A stretch of 64,000 nt of DNA from Bacillota bacterium. GTDB taxonomy: Bacteria; Bacillota; Sulfobacillia; JAJZYS01; JAJYTV01. The position numbers and the translations under genes are program-made. The stretch covers positions 22,515 through 86,514 of the forward strand of contig JAJYSJ010000011.1 in assembly GCA_021793645.1 (NCBI GenBank), written 5' to 3'. The notes beneath the pieces were generated by a model that saw only the letters and a list, made by a program, of their open reading frames with translations, was not told where the DNA came from and ran no database searches. This document shows positions 19,167-28,713 of this stretch, one piece after another (positions within the stretch are counted from its first letter, which is position 1; every line of letters begins with the position of its first letter).

Positions 19167-20513
19167 TTGCAAGCGATCCAACTGCTCACCGAGATCCCCG
19201 GCCCCCGCTCCCGCGACCTCTACGCGCGGCGCCAAAGCGCAGTCCCCGTAGGGGTCAGCCAGACGACACCGATCTTCGCGGCCCGCACCGAGGGGGCCCG
19301 GATCGTCGACGTCGACGGGAACACTTTCCTCGACTTCGCCGGCGGCATCGGCGTGCTGAACGTCGGCGCGAACCGACCGGAAGTCGTGGAGGCGGTGCGC
19401 AGCCAGGCAGGACTCGCACTGCACACCTGCTTCCACGTGACGATGAACGAACCGTACCTGGAGGTCGCGGAAGCACTCAACCGAATCACGCCGGGCGACT
19501 TCCCCAAGAAGACCCTGCTCGTCAGCACCGGCGCGGAGGGCGTCGAGAACGCCATCAAGATCGCGCGGCGCTACACCGGCCGGCAAGCGGTCATCGGCTT
19601 CAGCCACGCATTCCACGGCCGCACCCTGCTCGGCATGAGCCTGACGGCGAAGGTCGCGACCTACAAGTACGGCTTCGGCCCGTTCGCACCGGAAGTCTAC
19701 CGGCTTCCGTCCTGCGGTCTCTACCACTCTCCATTCGCGAGCGAGGAGGAGACGGTGCGCTACGCGCTCGAGGGGGTCCGTCGCGCGATCGAGGACGAGA
19801 TCGGCAAGGACAAGGTCGCTGCGATCATCATCGAGCCGGTCCAGGGAGAAGGCGGTTTCATCGTGCAGCCGCCGCAATTCCTGCGCGGGCTGTCTGATCT
19901 TGCGCGCCAGTACGGCATCGTTCTGGTGATCGACGAGATTCAGACGGGCTTCGGCCGTTGCGGGCGCCTGTTCGCGAGTGAGCTTTCCGGGGTCGTTCCG
20001 GACCTGATCCTTACAGCGAAGTCCCTCGCAGGCGGGCTCCCACTGGCGGCCGTCACCGGACGCGCGGAGATCATGGATGCGGCCCAGGTCGGTGGACTCG
20101 GCGGCACCTATGGAGGGAACCCCGTCGCCTGCGCTGCGGCGCTCGCGATCATCCGGCTGATGGAGGAGGGCGACCTCCTGGAGCGCGCACGGCTGGTCGG
20201 CGCGCGCGTCCTCGAGCGCTTCCAGCGCCTCCGGGAGGGCTACGATCTCGCCGGCGACGTGCGCGGCCTGGGAGCGATGATCGCGATCGAGTTCGTTTCG
20301 GACCGCGATACCAAGGAGCCGGCCACCCAAGCCACCGATGCGATTCACCGGCGCGCCTACGAACGCGGCCTCGTGCTAATGAAGGCGGGCGACCACAATA
20401 ACATCATCCGCTTTCTCGCTCCCCTCGTGATCGCTGACGAAGAGCTCGAGGAAGGCCTGGACATCCTCGAGCGGACGATCGCGGAGGTCGCCACCGAACT
20501 TGTGGAGGCGTAG
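19167..20513 (+). CDS. gabT: 4-aminobutyrate aminotransferase (class-III PLP aminotransferase).
   Basis: TTG start 9 nt after AAGGAGGA. GabT-type PLP-site motifs LVIDEIQTGFGRCG and LTAKSLAGGLPL (Lys). 448 aa. Confidence 0.9.
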   Translation: MQAIQLLTEIPGPRSRDLYARRQSAVPVGVSQTTPIFAARTEGARIVDVDGNTFLDFAGGIGVLNVGANRPEVVEAVRSQAGLALHTCFHVTMNEPYLEVAEALNRITPGDFPKKTLLVSTGAEGVENAIKIARRYTGRQAVIGFSHAFHGRTLLGMSLTAKVATYKYGFGPFAPEVYRLPSCGLYHSPFASEEETVRYALEGVRRAIEDEIGKDKVAAIIIEPVQGEGGFIVQPPQFLRGLSDLARQYGIVLVIDEIQTGFGRCGRLFASELSGVVPDLILTAKSLAGGLPLAAVTGRAEIMDAAQVGGLGGTYGGNPVACAAALAIIRLMEEGDLLERARLVGARVLERFQRLREGYDLAGDVRGLGAMIAIEFVSDRDTKEPATQATDAIHRRAYERGLVLMKAGDHNNIIRFLAPLVIADEELEEGLDILERTIAEVATELVEA

Positions 20514-20554
20514 GAAGGCCGGTCCAAACGAATTTCACTCAGGAGGGAACCGCG

Positions 20555-22018
20555 TTGGCTGAACCGTGGCAGGCTCCGGAAGGAATGCTGATCGCCGGCG
20601 ACTTCCAATCTGCGGAGGGCGGGCGCCGGCTCGCTGTCGAGAATCCGGCGACGGAGGAGATTCTCGCCGAGGTGGCTGATGCCGGGCCCAGCGATGCCCG
20701 CAGGGCGCTCGACGCGGCCGTGGACGCCTTTCCCGCATGGCGCGACGCTGGCGCCTACGCCCGCTCCGCGGTGCTGCGCCGCTGGTTTGACCTGATGCGT
20801 GCGGACCGCGACAACCTGGCGCGACTCATGACGCTCGAGAACGGAAAGCCGCTCAAGGAGGCCTACGCCGAAGCCGACTACGCCGCGAGCTTCGTCGAGT
20901 GGTTCTCCGAAGAGGCAAAGCGGGCCTACGGGCGCACGATTCCCGCGACGAACCCCGAGAAGCGCATCCTCGTGCTCCGCCAGCCCGTCGGTGTCGTTGC
21001 AGCGATCACACCCTGGAACTTCCCCGCCGCCATGATCACTCGAAAGGTCGCGTCGGCGCTGGCCGCAGGCTGCACCGTCGTCCTCAAACCCGCGCCCGAA
21101 ACGCCGCTCACGGCGCTGCGGCTCGGAGAGCTCCTTCTGCAGGCTGGTGCGCCGCCTGGCGTCCTGAACGTCGTGCCGACGAGCGATGCGCGAAGGGTCG
21201 CCGACGTATGGCTCGGCGACAGCCGCGTGCGCAAGATCACCTTCACCGGCTCGACTGCCGTGGGCAAGGAGCTGATGCGCAAGGCCGCGGACAACGTCCA
21301 GCGTCTATCGCTGGAACTGGGTGGCCAAGCGCCCTTCATCGTGTTCTCGGATGCCGACCTGGACGTCGCCGTCTCCGCGATCTCAACCGCCAAGTTCCGC
21401 AACGCCGGCCAGACCTGCGTCGCCGCCAACCGGGTCCTCGTCGCACGGGAGATCGAGGAGGAGTTCACGCTCCGGATCGTGGCGCAGGTCGCGGCGATGC
21501 GCGTCGGCAGCGGACTCGATCCCGAGGTCGAGGTGGGACCGATGATCAATGGCAAGGGGCGCACGAAGGTGCTCGCGCACGTCGAGGACGCAGTCTCCCT
21601 GGGCGCCGAGGTGCGGCTGGGCGGCCGCTCCGTCCCCGGGCCGGGGTACTTCGTCGAACCGACGGTCCTCTCGGGCGTCACACCGAAGATGCTGGTGATG
21701 CGCGAGGAGACGTTCGGGCCGGTGATCGCGATCGCCGCGTTCTCCTCCGAAGCCGAGGCGGTCGCTACCGCCAACGACACGGAGTATGGCCTGGCCGCCT
21801 ACTTTTTCACTCGGGATGCGGGCCGCGCGTGGCGCGTCGCGGAACACCTAGAGTACGGCATCGTCGGGCTCAACGACGGAGCCCCGTCAACCGCGCAGGC
21901 GCCGTTCGGCGGGTACAAGGAGTCGGGCGTCGGACGAGAGGGCGGTCAAGAGGGCATGGACGCCTTCCTCGAGACGAAGTACGTCTCGTGGGGTGCCGTC
22001 GGCACAGGCCTCCGGTAA
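20555..22018 (+). CDS. gabD: Succinate-semialdehyde dehydrogenase.
   Basis: ALDH motifs ELGGQAP and FRNAGQTCVAANR. Immediately downstream of gabT. 487 aa. Confidence 0.9.
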   Translation: MAEPWQAPEGMLIAGDFQSAEGGRRLAVENPATEEILAEVADAGPSDARRALDAAVDAFPAWRDAGAYARSAVLRRWFDLMRADRDNLARLMTLENGKPLKEAYAEADYAASFVEWFSEEAKRAYGRTIPATNPEKRILVLRQPVGVVAAITPWNFPAAMITRKVASALAAGCTVVLKPAPETPLTALRLGELLLQAGAPPGVLNVVPTSDARRVADVWLGDSRVRKITFTGSTAVGKELMRKAADNVQRLSLELGGQAPFIVFSDADLDVAVSAISTAKFRNAGQTCVAANRVLVAREIEEEFTLRIVAQVAAMRVGSGLDPEVEVGPMINGKGRTKVLAHVEDAVSLGAEVRLGGRSVPGPGYFVEPTVLSGVTPKMLVMREETFGPVIAIAAFSSEAEAVATANDTEYGLAAYFFTRDAGRAWRVAEHLEYGIVGLNDGAPSTAQAPFGGYKESGVGREGGQEGMDAFLETKYVSWGAVGTGLR

Positions 22019-22033
22019 ACACGTGCGCACGGA

Positions 22034-22060
22034 GGGCGGCAGGGACTGCACTGCCGCCCG
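22034..22060 (+). terminator. GC-rich hairpin downstream of gabD (no U-tract).
   Basis: gggcggcag-ggactgca-ctgccgccc starting 16 nt after the gabD stop. Confidence 0.3.
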
Positions 22061-22280
22061 TATCCTCGCGCGCCTGTAGCACAATCCGGATCAGGACCTG
22101 CGGCCGCCGCCCGAAGGCACTGGCGACGATCGGCAGGGCCGCTCTCAGCGATAAGCATAGCGTCACCCCCTGCCGCCTTCACCGAGCTCGCTGCCCTGCT
22201 GGAGGAGTACCTCGGGCCCCAGCCACAAGGGCCTGCGGTACAGGATGGGGAAATTCCCCTGTGCTAGGAGGTGCATCCGC

Positions 22281-23276
22281 TTGCGTGACACCTTTCAATC
22301 CCTCTGGGTCGACAGGGACCAAGACCAATTCCATTGCGGCTTCAAGGAGACTGCCTTCGACGACTTGTCCAAGGGCGAGCTGCTGGTGCGCGTCGCATAC
22401 TCCAGCGTGAACTACAAAGACGGCCTCGCCAGCATTCCGAGCGGCAACGTCGTGCGGCGCTACCCCTTGATCCCGGGGATCGACCTTGCGGGAACGGTCG
22501 TTTCCTCGAGTGACTCCCGGTTTTGCGAAGGAGACAGCATCCTCGCCACGGGCTATGACCTCGGCGTCTCGCACCACGGGGGCTTCGCGGAATACGCGCG
22601 GATCCCGGCCGACTGGGCCGTACCGATTCCCCCTGGCCTCGACCCGAAGCAAGCGATGTCGCTCGGCACCGCCGCTCTCACGGCCGCCCTCGCCATCCAC
22701 CGGCTGGAGGCGAACGGGCTGCGTCCAGGAAAGGGATCGGTGCTCGTCACGGGCGCGACGGGCGGCGTGGGCTCCCTTGCGGTCGCCATGCTCGCAGGCC
22801 GCGGCTACGAAGTGGAGGCGAGCACGGGCAAGGAGTCGGAGCACGGCTTCCTGCGCGCCCTTGGCGCAGCCACCGTCCTGCGGCGCGAGGATGTCTCGCC
22901 GCAGACGCTGCGCCCGCTCGATCGGCAGCGATGGGCGGCGGCGATCGACCCAGTGGGCGGACAGACGCTCGCCTACATCCTCACAAGCCTCCTCTACGGA
23001 GGATCGGTCGCCCTCGTGGGACTCACGGGCGGCGGGTCGTTCCAGGGAACCGTCTTCCCCTTCATCATCCGTGGGGGCAACCTCCTCGGCATCGACTCCG
23101 CGTACCTCGACATGGAGACGCGGCGGCTCCTCTGGGAGCAGCTTGCCGCCGAACTGAAGCCGCCGCAGCTCGGGGAGCTTGCGCAGGAGATCTCCTTCGC
23201 CGACCTGCCGGCCGCGCTCGCCCGCATCCTTGAGGGCGGTGTGCGCGGCCGCATCGTCGTCCGCGTCGCGAACTAG
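22281..23276 (+). CDS. YhdH/YhfP-family quinone oxidoreductase (acrylyl-CoA reductase AcuI-like).
   Basis: RVAYSSVNYKDGLA and LVTGATGGVGSLAV motifs. Likely TTG start after AGGAGG. The ORF-track M at 22245 is probably too far upstream. Confidence 0.8.
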   Translation: MRDTFQSLWVDRDQDQFHCGFKETAFDDLSKGELLVRVAYSSVNYKDGLASIPSGNVVRRYPLIPGIDLAGTVVSSSDSRFCEGDSILATGYDLGVSHHGGFAEYARIPADWAVPIPPGLDPKQAMSLGTAALTAALAIHRLEANGLRPGKGSVLVTGATGGVGSLAVAMLAGRGYEVEASTGKESEHGFLRALGAATVLRREDVSPQTLRPLDRQRWAAAIDPVGGQTLAYILTSLLYGGSVALVGLTGGGSFQGTVFPFIIRGGNLLGIDSAYLDMETRRLLWEQLAAELKPPQLGELAQEISFADLPAALARILEGGVRGRIVVRVAN

Positions 23277-23405
23277 CCGGTCGCCCACGACCGCTCGGTC
23301 AGGCCGGTGAACGGCGCCCCTTGAACGAAGGTCGCCCTGTGGCGTGCCGCGATACCGGCCTTGAATCAGTGCAGACGTGCATCGGCCCCAACAGTCGCAC
23401 TGCAC

Positions 23406-23423
23406 CTCGCCGACGAGTTTTTT
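23406..23423 (+). terminator. Weak hairpin plus T6, a possible terminator for the quinone oxidoreductase gene.
   Basis: ctcgccgacgag followed by tttttt. Confidence 0.3.
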
Positions 23424-23549
23424 CGGGAGACGCGCAGCGATGGCCGCCGCAAAAACGCGGCCAAGCCACAGGTCCGGTCGCCTCGGCCGCGCCTGTCCAG
23501 GAGTCGCCGCTTGGGCCGTCCGGAGGCCGCTCGCCCCCAGGGCTCCGGC

Positions 23550-24746
23550 TCACGGCATCACGCGGTCGGTCAGTAGCAGGGAGCCATCGGGTTGCGGCTG
23601 GGCCCAGGCGACGAGGTTCACGATCTTCGCGAGGTCGTCAAGGGTCAGGTAGACCTGCCCGCCCGACGTCAGCGGGCGCACAAAGATCGGCACGGTCGGC
23701 AGGACCGCACCGGAACCTGCCCGCGCCGTGACGGTCACACTGCCCGAGACCGCGTCGAGCCGGATCGTCTCGTCGCCGTTCGTGAACGACCAGACACTTC
23801 CCGCGTGCGTCGTCTGAAGCCAGGCGCCCTGCAGGAGGTCGGCTGCGCTCGCGAGCCACACGCCATTCTCCAAGAGTGTGTGCACGGGGATCTGCTGCCC
23901 CGGCGGGCCCTGCTGGAAGAGCCCCGTGACCTTGCCGTCCGCGATCGAGACGTGCAGCACCGTCTGCAGGAAGAGGCCGCCGCCGACGTACTGGAGCGGC
24001 CAGCCGGGGGGCGTGGTGTCGTACGGGACCGTCGCAAAGCCGTCCGCGTCGGTGCGCAGCTGCGTGCCCGCGAGCGTCACGTCCCGCGCCGGATTGCCCT
24101 GCGCGTCGACGAAGCGCACCCGCAGGCTGCCCTTCTCGCCGAAGGGGACCGCGGCGACCGTCAGGCCGTGCCAGGACTGCTTCGACAAGGGGAAGACCTG
24201 CGAGAGCAGGGAGCCTTTTGGCGGCTGCGCGCGGTAGGACACCTCGAAGGTCGCGCCGGGTGTATCTGGCGACCAATGGCCTGGGCCGAACGCGTACGCG
24301 CCCTGCTCGCTGAAGGTGTACTCCTGGGAGTAGCCGCCCTTCTGGTCCACGGGCAGGAGTGTTACTTGGCCGGAAGGAGCCTTGATGAAGACGTCCGAGT
24401 AGGCAGGCTTGCCGCTCGTGTAGACCCCGACGGCTCCGTGCACGTCGATCGTCTGGCCCACGACGACGTGCTGCTCCACCTGCATGGCATCCGAACCCTG
24501 CACGAGGACGTGCGGCGAGGTGGCGCAAAAGCCTTGGTAGATGCTCTGGAGGGCATCGCAGCCGTTGATCACGCCGGCGTCGGCCAGGGTCTGCGTGGTG
24601 GATGTCGGGGGCGTGGCGGTCTGCGTGGACGCCGGATGGCCATGGTGCTCGCCGGACATGGCGTGCGGGCTCTGAACGCCGCATCCGGCCGTGGCGGCGA
24701 GCAGCAGAGCGGCCAAGATCAGCGAGGTCCGGGCGTGGTGGGTCAT
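23550..24746 (-). CDS. Lipoprotein with a C-terminal copper-amine-oxidase-N-terminal-like domain.
   Basis: ATG at 24744..24746 after GGAGGGGA. Signal peptide plus lipobox LAATAGC, then a His-rich stretch (SGEHHGHPAS). C-terminus VYLTLDDLAKIVNLVAWAQPQPDGSLLLTDRV. The ORF-track 832-aa version is an artefactual N-terminal extension. Confidence 0.6.
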   Translation of the reverse strand: MTHHARTSLILAALLLAATAGCGVQSPHAMSGEHHGHPASTQTATPPTSTTQTLADAGVINGCDALQSIYQGFCATSPHVLVQGSDAMQVEQHVVVGQTIDVHGAVGVYTSGKPAYSDVFIKAPSGQVTLLPVDQKGGYSQEYTFSEQGAYAFGPGHWSPDTPGATFEVSYRAQPPKGSLLSQVFPLSKQSWHGLTVAAVPFGEKGSLRVRFVDAQGNPARDVTLAGTQLRTDADGFATVPYDTTPPGWPLQYVGGGLFLQTVLHVSIADGKVTGLFQQGPPGQQIPVHTLLENGVWLASAADLLQGAWLQTTHAGSVWSFTNGDETIRLDAVSGSVTVTARAGSGAVLPTVPIFVRPLTSGGQVYLTLDDLAKIVNLVAWAQPQPDGSLLLTDRVMP

Positions 24747-25009
24747 ACGATCCCCTCCGCGGGGCGACTTCAGCGAGCCCGGTTCGGAAGGGCCCTGGGC
24801 GTGATCCGCACGGCGGTCCACGAAAAACGCGATGGACGCCCGCAAAGGACCCGGAAGAGAAGCTGCGGTCTCGCTCCCTTGGCTATTCTTCCCTCGTCGC
24901 CTACATCCTGTGGGACGCCAGCGGGGAACCGCCTCCTTTCCCCGCAAGCGTTTGTACACGAAGCGGGCCGACCGGTTCGACCCGATCGGCCCACTCGGAC
25001 CCAGTACCC

Positions 25010-26002
25010 TTAGATCTGCGCGCTCAGCCGCCGAAGGACATCGCTCGCCACGTTGCGGCCGGTGATCAGGACGGCCGTCCGCGAGCAGGCCCTGACGCGG
25101 CCGGTGAGCAGGGCGGCAACGCCGACGGCCGCCGCTCCCTCGACCACCATGCGCTCCTCGCGCAGGAGGAAGACCATCGCCTGCTCGATCTCCTGCTCCG
25201 AGACGAGCACGATGTCGTCCACGAGCGAGCGGACCATGCGCAGGGTGTGCCGATTCTCCATGCCGATGCCCCCGCGCAGGCTGTCCGCAAGGGTGGGGCT
25301 CTCCATGAAGTCCACGGGGCGCCCTGCCCGCACGCTTTCGTACATCGCCCGCGCGCCCTCGGCGCAGACGCCGATCACCCGGGTCCCCGGGGCGTTCGCC
25401 TTCACCGCGAGGGCGACGCCGGAGAGGAGCCCGCCCCCGGAGAGCGGTACGAGCACCGTATCGATCTCCGGGTCTTCCTCCATGAGTTCCAGACCAATCG
25501 TACCCTGCCCGGCGACTACATCGACGGCGTCGAAGGGAGCGACCACGAAGAGTCCATACTCGCGCTCGAGCTCCTGCGCCCGGCGCGCCGCGTCCTCCTG
25601 CGTCGGCCCGCTCAAATCGACGATGGCGCCCAGGCGGCGCAGGCCGTCGAGTTTCGTCTGCGGCACCACGTCCGGCAGGCAGACATGCGCCGGGACACCG
25701 AGTCGGCGCGCGACATACGCGACCCCCATGCCGTGGTTGCCGGTAGAGTAGGTCACCACGCCTGGCACAGGGCCCAGCTCCGCGAGGTGCAGGAGCGTGT
25801 TGGCCGCGCCGCGCATCTTGAAGGCGCCGATCGCCTGCATCTCCTCGTGCTTCAGCAGCACCGCCTCGCCGACGGCCGCGCTCAGCGCGGACGCCTCCGT
25901 CAGAGGCGTCCGCACGGCTACCCCCACGATACGCCGGTGCGCGGCCCAGACGTCCCGGATCGTCGGGGCAGTACCCAAAGGCCCTTCTCCTCGCACTGCC
26001 AC
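25010..26002 (-). CDS. Threonine/serine dehydratase-family PLP enzyme (EutB-like).
   Basis: PLP lysine motif AFKMRGA, GNHG, glycine-rich PLP-phosphate loop. 330 aa. Confidence 0.85.
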   Translation of the reverse strand: MAVRGEGPLGTAPTIRDVWAAHRRIVGVAVRTPLTEASALSAAVGEAVLLKHEEMQAIGAFKMRGAANTLLHLAELGPVPGVVTYSTGNHGMGVAYVARRLGVPAHVCLPDVVPQTKLDGLRRLGAIVDLSGPTQEDAARRAQELEREYGLFVVAPFDAVDVVAGQGTIGLELMEEDPEIDTVLVPLSGGGLLSGVALAVKANAPGTRVIGVCAEGARAMYESVRAGRPVDFMESPTLADSLRGGIGMENRHTLRMVRSLVDDIVLVSEQEIEQAMVFLLREERMVVEGAAAVGVAALLTGRVRACSRTAVLITGRNVASDVLRRLSAQI

Positions 26003-26022
26003 AGCTGCACCCCCAGCGCCCG

Positions 26023-27201
26023 TCAGGAGTCCTTAACGACGAGGCCACGATGAAAGTCGCTCAGCGCCTCGCATCCCGTCTCCGTCACCAGGACGGTCTC
26101 GCTGATCTCGAGTCCACCCGCGTCGAGCCACATGCCGGCCATCAGGTGGAAGGTCATGCCCGGGGAGAGCACGGTCCCGTCACCCTCGCGCAGGCTCGCG
26201 GTGTGCTCACCCCAATCCGGGGGGTAGCCGATGCCGACGGCGTAGCCGACACGGGACTCCTTGACGAAGCCGTGGCGTGCGATCGTCTTGCGCCAGGCCG
26301 CCTCCACATCCGCGCATGTCGCGCCCGGACGCGCCGAGCCCAGCGCCTCGTTGACGCCTTCGGCCACGGCCACGGCAAGGGCCTCGACCTGCTTCGAGGG
26401 CCGTCCGAGCGCCATGGTGCGCGATAGCGGCGCGTGGTAGCGACGGTAACATCCGGCGAGCTCGATGTTCACCGTGTCTCCCACGGTGTAGTGGCGGTCG
26501 ACCCATGTGAGGTGCGACGCGGACGTGCGCTCCCTCGAAGGCATCAGGGGGACGATCGCCGGGTAGTCGCCGGCCTTGTCGGCAAGGCCCGCGATCTGGG
26601 ACTGGAAGATCGCCGCCGCCGCGTCGCACTCCCTTGCCCCCACCGCGATCGCCTGCGCGGCTACCCCCATCGCCTGGCTGGCGATCGCGGCCGCAGTACG
26701 CATGTACGCGATCTCCTGCGGTGACTTCACGATGCGCTGCCAGTTCACGAGGAGCGTTGCGTCCTCAAAGCGCGCATCCGGAAGGTGGCGCGTAAGGTGC
26801 GCGTGGGCCCTGGCGCTGTAGTAGTAGGCGTCCATCTCGACACCGATCGTCTTGCTTGCGCGGCCATGCCGTCGCAGGAGGTCCGCCATCACGTCCATCG
26901 GGTGGACGTCCGGCTGCTGTACATAGGCCTCCGGGTAGCTCTCGAGGTGCGCATCGTCAAGCCAGGTCGTCAGCTTCGCGCCGTTCCTGTCTTGCGCCCT
27001 GCCGATCCAGACCGGCTGGTCCTCGCCCAGCACGACGATCACCGCCTGCGGGACGTAGAACGACCAGCCGTCATAGCCAGTCAGGTAGTACATGTTCGCC
27101 GGGTCGCTGACGACGAGCGCGTCGAGGCCCCTGTCCGACATCCTGCGCTGCAGCTCGGAAAGCCTCGCCTCGTACTCCGCGCGTTCAAAGGCTGTGTGCA
27201 A
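26023..27201 (-). CDS. M24-family metallopeptidase (creatinase/prolidase fold, DoeA/EutD ectoine-hydrolase-like).
   Basis: 392 aa. N-terminal creatinase-like domain and a C-terminal pita-bread domain with conserved metal-ligand pattern (D...D...H...E...E). Confidence 0.8.
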   Translation of the reverse strand: MHTAFERAEYEARLSELQRRMSDRGLDALVVSDPANMYYLTGYDGWSFYVPQAVIVVLGEDQPVWIGRAQDRNGAKLTTWLDDAHLESYPEAYVQQPDVHPMDVMADLLRRHGRASKTIGVEMDAYYYSARAHAHLTRHLPDARFEDATLLVNWQRIVKSPQEIAYMRTAAAIASQAMGVAAQAIAVGARECDAAAAIFQSQIAGLADKAGDYPAIVPLMPSRERTSASHLTWVDRHYTVGDTVNIELAGCYRRYHAPLSRTMALGRPSKQVEALAVAVAEGVNEALGSARPGATCADVEAAWRKTIARHGFVKESRVGYAVGIGYPPDWGEHTASLREGDGTVLSPGMTFHLMAGMWLDAGGLEISETVLVTETGCEALSDFHRGLVVKDS

Positions 27202-27253
27202 GGGTACTCCTCCCAGATGATCGCATCACGAGGCCCGGGACCCGGCGATTTTG

Positions 27254-27898
27254 TCAGCGATACGCGGCCGCCTTGCGCTCGAGGTGCGCGGCGATGCGCG
27301 AGAGCGTGCCGTTCATGATCAGGTAGGCGACCGCAGCGAGGGCATAGAGCGTCCCCGGCTGCTCGGTCGCGTCCGCGCCCAGCTGCGCCTGGTACATGAT
27401 GTCGGCCACTCCGATGAAGTACACGAGCGTCGTGTTCTTGAGCTGGATGATCACGAAGTTCGTCAGGGGCGGCAGCATCAGCACGAAGGCCTGCGGCATT
27501 ACCACCTTGCGCAGCGTGCTGAGAAAGCCCATCCCGACGGCGGTCGCGGCCTCGCGCTGGCCGTCCGCAACCGCCTGGATGCCTGCGCGGAACACCTCGA
27601 TGGCGTACCCCGTGCCGTAGATCACGAGCCAGATCATGGCCGCCGTGAAGGGCGGCAGGTCGATGCCGAACTGCGTCAGGCCGAAGAAGATGATGAACAG
27701 CTGCAGGATCGGAGGCAACCCGCGGATCAGCTCGACGTAGGCGAGGATCGCCGTTCGCAGCCACGGCGGACCGTAGATGCGCCCGAGCGCCCCGAAGATC
27801 CCGAGGATGAAGGAGAGCACCGTCGAGACGACCGTCAGCTCGAGGGTGACGACCGCCCCCTGCAGGATGACGCCGGCGTAGAGCCATGCGAGATGCAT
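27254..27898 (-). CDS. Polar amino acid ABC transporter permease.
   Basis: His/Glu/Gln/Arg/opine-family permease with the EAA-like loop GMGFLSTLRKVVMPQA. 214 aa. Confidence 0.85.
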   Translation of the reverse strand: MHLAWLYAGVILQGAVVTLELTVVSTVLSFILGIFGALGRIYGPPWLRTAILAYVELIRGLPPILQLFIIFFGLTQFGIDLPPFTAAMIWLVIYGTGYAIEVFRAGIQAVADGQREAATAVGMGFLSTLRKVVMPQAFVLMLPPLTNFVIIQLKNTTLVYFIGVADIMYQAQLGADATEQPGTLYALAAVAYLIMNGTLSRIAAHLERKAAAYR

Positions 27899-28713
27899 CA
27901 GCCCTCGTCACCTCCCATCGCCGTGAGGCGCGCCTCCTCGTCCGCGTTGCGGCGCAGAACCCGCGCGAGGAAGTTCTGGGCGCGCAGCGTCCGCGGCGCC
28001 TCCAGGATCTGGCGCGCCGGACCCATCTCCGCGATCGTGTTGTCGGCCATCACGACGACGGTGTCGGCCACTTCCTTCGCGAACATCATCTCGTGCGTCA
28101 CGAGAATCATGGTCATGCCCTCTTGGGCCAGCCGCTGGATCGCCTCCAGGACATCCCCGACGAGCTCCGGGTCGAGCATGGAGGTCGGCTCGTCAAACAG
28201 CATGATCTGGGGATCCATCGCCAGCGCCCGGCAGATCGCAACCCGCTGCTGCTCGCCGCCCGAGAGGCGCCGCGGGTACATGTTGGCCCGCGCGGTGAGT
28301 CCCATCATCTCGAGGAGGCCCATCGCGCGCTCGACGGCCTGGGCCCGCGGCACCTTCTTGACATCCATCGGTCCGAGCACGATGTTCTCGAGGACGCTCA
28401 GGTGCTGGAAGAGGTTGAAGGTCTGGAAGACCATCCCGACGTGCGTGCGGATCTCCCTGAGCTGCGCCCTCGTAGGCGGGGGACCTCCCGAAGCCGTGCC
28501 GTGCAGTTCGTGGCCGAGCACCGTGATGGAACCCTCGTCGAACGGGTGCAGGTAGTTGATGCAGCGGATGAACGTGCTCTTCCCGACGCCGCTCGGCCCG
28601 ATGATGGCGACGACTTCGCTCTTGCGGACTTGAAGCGAGACGTCCTTGAAGATCACCCGATCGCCGAAGTGCTTGCTCAGGCCGCGTACGTCAACCGCGA
28701 CGTCGTTGGACAT
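27898..28713 (-). CDS. Polar amino acid ABC transporter ATP-binding protein.
   Basis: Walker A GPSGVGKST, signature LSGGEQQRVAI, Walker B MLFDEPTS. 271 aa. Confidence 0.9.
   Translation of the reverse strand: MSNDVAVDVRGLSKHFGDRVIFKDVSLQVRKSEVVAIIGPSGVGKSTFIRCINYLHPFDEGSITVLGHELHGTASGGPPPTRAQLREIRTHVGMVFQTFNLFQHLSVLENIVLGPMDVKKVPRAQAVERAMGLLEMMGLTARANMYPRRLSGGEQQRVAICRALAMDPQIMLFDEPTSMLDPELVGDVLEAIQRLAQEGMTMILVTHEMMFAKEVADTVVVMADNTIAEMGPARQILEAPRTLRAQNFLARVLRRNADEEARLTAMGGDEG

Noticed and set aside
19014-20348. 444-aa minus-strand ORF antisense to gabT (and 19103..19897 on the plus strand in another frame).
   Set aside because: gabT is strongly supported. These are GC-driven shadow ORFs without recognisable domains.
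22179-23405. 408-aa minus-strand ORF overlapping the quinone oxidoreductase gene.
   Set aside because: It is antisense to a gene with clear YhdH-family motifs. The composition is Arg/Gly-rich with no motifs.
24747-26048. N-terminal 430-aa extension of the 832-aa lipoprotein ORF.
   Set aside because: The extension is Arg/Gly-rich nonsense that runs across the threonine-dehydratase-like gene in another frame. A proper ATG, RBS, signal peptide and lipobox begin at 24746.
24602-26053. 483-aa plus-strand ORF (and 23592..25013 on the plus strand) spanning the lipoprotein and threonine-dehydratase genes.
   Set aside because: It is antisense to two well-supported minus-strand genes and is Arg-rich low-complexity.
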